A stretch of DNA of 64,000 nucleotides from Eledone cirrhosa (taxonomy: Eukaryota). The notes beneath the pieces were generated by a model. The model was given only the letters and a program-made list of their open reading frames with translations. It did not search any database and was not told where the DNA came from. The stretch's first letter is position 1, and each line of letters starts with the position of its first letter. Positions 29,501 through 38,094 of the stretch are shown here, piece by piece. The stretch spans positions 15,314,001 to 15,378,000 of the forward strand of contig OZ024761.1 of assembly GCA_964016885.1 (NCBI GenBank), written 5' to 3'. Made by a program: the position numbers and the translations under genes.

Positions 29501-31178
29501 AGGAGTTACTGGACTATACATCCAGGCATGCACTTATTCAACTATAATATTACTACATAGTAGTTCTTACATAGAATTATAATAGAGGAAGGTTTTTAGA
29601 TAAACATAAAGAGTTAAACTCAAACAGATTTGTATCATAGAACCAGGGCGGGGAGGGGTGTGTATAAATAAAAATAGTTAAGATAGAATAATGAAAAGAA
29701 TAACTGCTACTGTTGTGAGGTTAAACTTAGTGAAGGACTGGACATTTGGAGAGAAGATGGACATTGCCCAACATTCCTAAGGCCAATTGAAACATCATGA
29801 TGGACACACAGTTAAACGACTAGAATAGCGACCCAATGACCAGTTACAGGAAGCTGGACACTGCCGAGTATTTCTAAGGCCCACTGAAATTCTATAATGG
29901 ACACACAATCAAATGTGTAGAGTGACACCCCAACAACTGACCACACCAGTTACAGGGAGGTGAACACCGTCAACATTTCTAAGACCCTAAGACCAATTAA
30001 AATGCCATAATGGACACACCACGCGGTCAAACATCTAGAATAACACCCCAGTGACTGCCTACACCAGTAACAATCATATCTAAGACCCTAAGACCAATTA
30101 AAATGCCATAATGGACACACCACGCGGTCAAACATCTAGAATAGCACCCCAGTGACTGCCTACACCAGTAACAGGGAGATGAGCACTACCAATCATATCT
30201 AAGACCCTAAGACCAATTAAAATGCCATATTGGACACACCACACTGACTGGATACACCAGTTTAGAGAACTTCAATGATGATTTATTTGTACTATAAATG
30301 TATAAATAAATAAAAAGAAAAGCAACCTTTTTCAATAAACCAGTGAGCTTGTCTTGGCTGTTGTAAAATTCAGAGTTCATCCATATAATTCTGATTAAAG
30401 TTAAGAGTTTGGTGATAATGGGTGGGATTTCTTTTGGTGCAGCTTCTGACAGTTGTAAACAGGGCTCTTCCAATATCATCAGAAATCTTAGGTTGCTTTC
30501 AGCTTGGTAGGAACCTTCCTGTTGTGGAACATGGGAGAAGAGATAGTATTACTGAGAGGTAGTGGTAGTGAGAGGTATTGAGACTGAGAGGGAGTGTGTG
30601 AGTGGTAGTGATAGGTAGTGAGATTGAGAGGTATTGAGACTGAGAGGGAGTGTGTGAGTGGTAGTGAGAGGTAGTGAGATTGAGAGGTATTGAGACTGAG
30701 AGGGAGTGTGTGAGTGGTAGTGATAGGTAGTGAGACTGAGAGGGAGTGTGCGAGTGGTAGTGAGAGGTAGTGAGAATGAGAGGAAGTGGTAGTGAGAGGT
30801 AGTGTGTGAATGGTAGTGAGAGGTAGTGTGTGAGTGGTAGTGAGAGGTAGTGAGAATGAGAGGAAGTGTGCGAGTGGTAGTGAGAGGTAGTGTGTGAATG
30901 GTAGTGAGAGGTAGTATGTGAGTGGTAGTGAGAGGTAGTGAGACTGAGAGGTAGTGAGAATTAGAGGTAGTGTGTGAGTGGTAGAGAGAGGAAGTGAGAG
31001 GAAAAGAGATTGAGAGTAAACCAGAGAGAGAGGGGGGAGGGGGTTAAGAATGAGAGGAAGAGAATCAACAACATTGATAAACAAAAGAGTGAAAAACCTG
31101 GAAGAAGAAAATAAAAACATTTTTCTAAAAATTAATAAGTAGACAAAATAAATATATATATGAGTGTTTGGATATATA

Positions 31179-31219
<41 letters not shown>

Positions 31220-31234
31220 AACACACAAACACAC

Positions 31235-31266
<32 letters not shown>

Positions 31267-31320
31267 AAATATATATGTAAATATGTATATATATATATAT
31301 GTATATATATATATACACAT

Positions 31321-31368
<48 letters not shown>

Positions 31369-31387
31369 AAATATATATGTAAATATG

Positions 31388-31473
<86 letters not shown>

Positions 31474-32016
31474 TATATACACACACACACACATATATAT
31501 ATATATATTAAAATATAAGTATTAATAAAATAGATGTTCTTTTGATCAATTACCTTTTATTATACATATTTCGGGTGTACGACAGTACGTCCTCATCAGA
31601 TGTCTGATGAGGACGTACTGTCGTACATCCAAAATATGTATAATAAAATGTAATTGATCAAAAGAACATCTATTTTATTAATACTTATATTTTAATATTA
31701 ATAACTCCTGAAAATTATTTTTTTCCGTTGAGTGCTTCCAATCTACTGTAAAACTCATTCTTTGACAGAATATTGTTTAACAATTTTATATATATATATA
31801 TATATATATAATGATGGAAATGTGGTAAGGAACCAGGTGGACGATAACGCACCAAAGTACTCAATACTTAGGGTAGTAGAGTGGGTAATAAGAACGAGTA
31901 GGACCCCGACGGCTGAGCTCAAGCCGTTTCAACGGCTAATTCTGGTCGTGTTGTTGTTGAGTCCAGAATTAGCCGTTGAAAAGGCTTGAGCTCAGCCGTC
32001 GGGGTCCTACTCGTTC

Positions 32017-32048
<32 letters not shown>

Positions 32049-35000
32049 GGGCTGGTCATCGAAGAAACAACACCACGTATTCAGCCAGCCCCCTGTATCA
32101 TAAAAAGAAAGTCTTTTTTGGGGAAATTATTGGATTTTTCCAAATTTAAAGGTTTCTTAGGAATTTTCAATGTATATTTTAGGTTTTGCCATCTGAAGAG
32201 CTCAGGCTACCATAACTGACAGTCCTCAGTGAAATATGTATAACAGAGTTTTAAATAAACCTGAATTAACTGAATATGCCCTCCGATCTTATCCATAACC
32301 CACATAGCTAGACACTTTACTTCACATAATTATCTTAAAACAGTTATTGTTATAATTACTAGCAGAAAAACCACCCAAAAGGTGTAGCGTGTATATTGAT
32401 ATTATACACAGGTATATATACATATAGATATGATACATCAAATAAAATCGTAATTGACAATATATAATACATAGAAATTGAACGAAGACTGCGTTTCACT
32501 GTCTTATTTAATCAGTAACGTAATCCATGATACATTAAAAAAGACGATATTATATATAAACTGCATTAGGAGAAAATTAGTATGTTTATTTAAGCGATGG
32601 CCAACCGGAAGTGTTGACATTTTAGAAATTTTAAAGAAGTGAATCTTTAAATAAACAAAATATATTTAATGAACAGCCACGGAATTTAGTAGACAAATTA
32701 TGTAATATTCATTCATTATTTATTCAAAGTGTGGTGGATTGGAAGTATCGGTAGAGTGTCGGACGCCATGCTTTGCAGCAAAGAGTTACGGCACTCTATG
32801 ATCTGAGTTCAAATCCCGCCGAGTTTAACTTTGCCTTTCATCCTTACGGGGTCGATAAAATAAAGTACCAGTAATGCACTGGGTAATTGCTGGCCTTGTG
32901 CCTAAAGTAGAAACAATTATTTATTCAAAGTCATTCATTCATTATTTATTCATTCATTATTTATTCAAACAAATCCCGCCGAGGTTAACTTTGCCTTTCA
33001 TCCTTACGGGGTCGATAAAATAAAGTACCAGTAATGCACTGGGTAATTGCTGGCCTTGTACCTAAAGTAGAAACAATTATTTATTCAAAGTCATTCATTC
33101 ATTATTTATTCATTCATTATTTATTCAAACAAATCCCGCCGAGGTTAACTTTGCCTTTCATCCTTACGGGGTTGATAAAATAAAGTACCAGTAATGCACT
33201 GGGTAATTGCTGGCCTTGTGCCTAAAGTAGAAACAATTATTTATTCAAAGTTATTCATTCATTATTTATTCATTCATTATTTATTCAAACAAATCCCGCC
33301 GAGTTTAACTTTGCCTTTCATCCTTACGGGGTCGATAAAATAAAGTACCAGTAATGCACTGGGTAATTGCTGGCCTTGTGCCAAAAGTAGAAACAATTAT
33401 TTATTCAAAGTAATCCAACTTATTTTACTAATGGGATAAAAAAATTATAAACCGTACGCAGTCCTGCGCTCCTTACTTTATTATAGTTTAGATAGGGAAT
33501 CCTTTACCTTAATTTGACTGGACAGTCTAATGAAAGGGTTCACATAGGTGGACTTGGCCAGTTCTAGAATCTGAGTGATTCTTTTCACTACATGGTTGTC
33601 CAACTGGCTACTTATTCCGGATAAATCTGTACATCGGTTCCTCCAGAATTCAATTTCGTCCAATGGTCCGGTGGTTTCGGAAGACTCTATAGAGTGTTGA
33701 GTACTCAACACTTCCTTGATCTGCCTTGCCCAATGAATCATTGCAGCTGGACAAGAAAAAGAAAAATCAATAAATAAATATCTCTATCAGTAAATCAATC
33801 AATCAATCAATAGAGAAGTGTTGTGGCCTAGTGGTTAGGATGTTGGTCTTACAATTATAATGTCATAGGTTCAACTCCTAGACTGGTTTGTGTGTTGTGT
33901 TCTTGAGCAAAACACTTCATTTCATGTTGCTCCAGTATACTCAGCATTTACATTACTCTATATATACTATTGTATTTTCATGGTAAACACTTTAATTCAC
34001 ATAATTATCTCACAGCAACACCACCAATGATGGCAACAACAACAACAACATATAAAACTAACAAAATTCAAATGGAAAAACTCAACAAGCAAGGCTACTT
34101 ACTCTCCAGCCTCTGTACCAATCCCTTGTTTTTGGCAGCAATCTCAACAGGGATGTTGAGACATTCCTTAGGGATATACAAAACTGTCTTATCTTCCAAC
34201 TTCCAATGAGTATCGGTTAAAGTAGCTAGAAACTTGTGGAGTTGAGTAGAGAAATCATTTTTGATGCCTGAACAAATATGTTAAGGAAGTGGTTTGAGCT
34301 GTAATAACAACATCAACAACATGATACGACTTGGGCCCCTCTATCATTAAAACTCTTTAGAAATGTCCTGCGAGATACAACATTGAAAAGGCCAGCTAAT
34401 CTTAAATAGGTGTGAGGTGTAACAATAACAACATCATAAGACTAGGGCCCGCTATCATTAAAACCCTTGAGAAACCTCCAATAAGATACAACCTTCATTA
34501 AAACCTCATAGGAAGTCAGCTAAACCTACTTAGGTGTGATCTGTAATAACAACAACATGACAAAACTGGGGTCCTCTATCATTAAAACACCTGAGAAACT
34601 TCCTATGAGATACAACCTCGTAAAAGGCCAGCTAACCCTACATAGATGTGAACTATAACAACAACAACATGATAGGACCGGGGCCCTCTATCATTAAAAA
34701 CCTCAAGAAATGTCCTGTGATATACAACCTTGTAAAAGGCAAGCTAACCCTACAGAGGTGTGAGCTGTAACAACAACATGATAAGAGTGGGGCCCTCTAT
34801 CATTAAAACCCTTGAGAAACCTCCTGTGAGATACAACCTTATAGAAGGTCAGCTAAACCTACATAGGTGTGAGCTTTAACAACATACATTTGTGGGTATA
34901 TGATAGGACTGAAGTCCCTATCATTAAAACCTCATAGGAGGTCAGCTAAACCTACTTAGGTGTGAGCTGTAACAACAACATGTTAGGATTGGGGGCCATT

Positions 35001-35922
35001 ATCATTAAAACACCTTTTATATTTCAGAATATGGAGGCACATGGCTTAGTGGTTAGAGCATTGGCCTTGCAATCGAAAGGTTGTGAGTTCAATTCTCAGA
35101 CCGGGTGATGTGTTGTTTCCTTGAGCAAGACACTTTATTTCACATTGCTCCAGTTTACTCAGCTGTAGAAATGAGATGATAGGGACTGGGGTCCCTATCA
35201 TTCCACTGCAAAGTGGTCGTGGAGACGCCACGGCAAAAAAGCACCCAGCACTCACTGTAAATGAGGTTGGTGTTAGGAAGGGCATCCAGCTGTAGAAATC
35301 AAGCCAGAATCAGTTCCCGTCCCACCCTTGCAAGCAGGGAAAAAGCGGATGTAAAATGAAATAATGAAATGATGATGATGAATACTCTTAATAAACTGAC
35401 GAAAAACCACAAAAGAAACCACATCAAAACTCTGTCTAAATCAAAGGATATTATCTGGCCATGTTGTGTTCTCAAAGAACAAAGGTGCAAAAACTCCGGA
35501 CAGAAGCCGCAGAAGGCTCTCCATAAATGACGGTCCCTTCACAACGCCATACTGTATGACTTTGAGGAAATTATCAGAGGTCACCTCCTTGGTCCGAGGT
35601 TTCTTGATGAAGTAACACATCTGCTTGGCACCCAATGCCGTCCGAATGAAGTGCTCAAGGACAACGCCATTGTATTGGTCCTTGTAGGCAATCAGAACGT
35701 TGATGGAAGGGTCCTCGACGAACTGCCAGATCAGGTCCTTGTTGATTGTGTTTAACATGCTAGGAGTCACATCATGCAATATTATTCTACTTTTGATCAT
35801 TTCAAGCTGTAAGGAAAATATATATATGTATATATATATATTTACATATATATGTACATATGTATGTGTGTATATATCAAGCAGGGAAAAGCAGACATAA
35901 AATGATGATGATGATGATGATG

Positions 35923-35954
<32 letters not shown>

Positions 35955-36651
35955 ATGTGTGTGTATATATCTGTATCTATCTATCTATATATATATATAT
36001 ATATTAGGGTAAACATTGATGCAATTCAATTCAAGCACTCAACATACTTTTTCCACATAGGAGTGACGGAGTAAATATCGAATAAGGAAAAGCGAAGTAG
36101 TTTCAGATGTTCAACTCTCACTCTTAACTTACAATGTAAAACCATAGTACCTAGAATTAAGTTTATTTTCCCTTATGAGTTGATGGTCAGTCTTACTGTC
36201 AACGCTTAGTGAATGGTAGTATTATGACCTATAAAAACTAACACCCTCCCATCCCCTCTGGCTTTCGGCTGACTGCCACAGTAGTGTTGGGTAGCAGTAA
36301 ACTTTGGCAAGGCATAGGTGGGCCACTGACAGCGAATTTCGTTGAAATCTGCAGTGCTAATGGTCAATTTCCTTCGGACATGCGCTTGCGCAGACCGGTG
36401 GGGGTGAATTGGTACTCACAAGGGAACGGATGAAAAACCCAAAAGCACGAACTTCATCCGTTCCCATGTTGATTCAATTTGGATTGCCTCGGAAACAACC
36501 TTATTATGTAACAAGCTGTCTGATGATGACACGACACTCGCACACAGAACAGTGTGGCCAGTGTCGTCATTGAAATATATATCACAGCATTATTATTAAA
36601 GGACTTGAACATCTGAAACTACTTCGCTTTTCCTTATTCTATATATATATC

Positions 36652-36684
<33 letters not shown>

Positions 36685-36705
36685 ATGTATGTGAATACAT
36701 CTGTA

Positions 36706-36738
<33 letters not shown>

Positions 36739-38063
36739 CACCATCATTTTACGTCCGCTTTTCCCCTGCTTGCAAGTGAGTGCATTTACAATGAGTGCTG
36801 GGTGCTTTTTTTCCGTGGCACCTCCACGACCACTTTACAGTGGAATGATAAGGACCCCAGTCCCTATCATCTCATTTCTACAGCTGAGTAAACTGGAGCA
36901 ATGTGAAATAAAGTGTCTTGCTCAAGGAAATAACACATCACCCGGTCTGAGAATTGAACTCACAACCTTTTGATTGCAAGGCCAATGCTCTAACCACTAA
37001 GCCATGTGCCTCCGTATTTATTAATTTAAATATGCTCTAGATTATCATTGAAAATATGTTATATTATTTTATATTATTCTATATTGTTTTAATTTTGATA
37101 TAATATAATAGTATAATTTTCTTTTAAATATTATAGAGTAAAAATTTCACGGTATTTAATTTATCGTTTCTACCTAACTTAAAATTTTTTTTAAAATGGT
37201 CACGCATCATGTACCTCTATTCTTCTTTTCCTTATGTAGTTATATTCTACCATCTCTATCTCCCTCTCTTCATTTTTATCTTCATCTCTCTATCTTTTCC
37301 TTTTCTCCTCTATTTAGCTCTCTCTCTCTCTCATTTGTTTTTTCTCTAATACGGATATTTACATATTTAAATATTTAAAATTTATGTACTTATGTGTTTA
37401 TGTATTTTATTTATCTATTTATTTATTTTTGTCTACACTTTTTCCTACTCACCCTCTCCATTATATGTAGTTTGACATGTTAGTACTTATAGTATATAAA
37501 TATTGAGTTTTGTTATAATTAATCACTGCCAAGACTGGAATTGAACCATCAGCACAGTTGAGGTATGTCATACATCAATTTATATATTTTATCTGATGAG
37601 GACGTACTGAGGAAACAGCACAGTACCTCCTAAATATATATAATAAAATATATTTGATTACATGAATGTCTATATTTATTAATATTTTGAATTAATATTA
37701 ATAACTCCAGAAAACTTACTGTTGAGTGCTTCTAATCTATTGCAAAACTATATTCATTGATTAATCAATGAACCTTGTTTAACTTTTGGTTATATATATA
37801 TATATACATATATGTATGTATGTGTGTGTGTGTGTGTGTGTGTGTGAGTGTGAGTGTGTGTGGGTGTGTGAGTGTGAGTGTGTGTGTGTGTGTGTTTGTG
37901 AGTGTGTATGTGTGTGTGTGTGTGTCTGTATTTCAGTCAACAACACCACCAACTCTCTCTCTCTTCCATTTTCCTTCTCTGTCTCCTTTTCTTTCTCTCT
38001 CTCTCTATTTATGAAGGTATCAATCCCAGAGTTTTACTAGTATATAGATGATAGATGATAGAT

Positions 38064-38094
<31 letters not shown>

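Larger units (their letters stand above)
34268..35451 (-). other. U12-type (minor spliceosome) intron with AT-AG termini
   Basis: 5' end ATATCCTTT; branch site TTCCTTAAC at 34280-34288; AG at 34268-9; the junction restores WPD-S-IKN. Confidence 0.9.
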
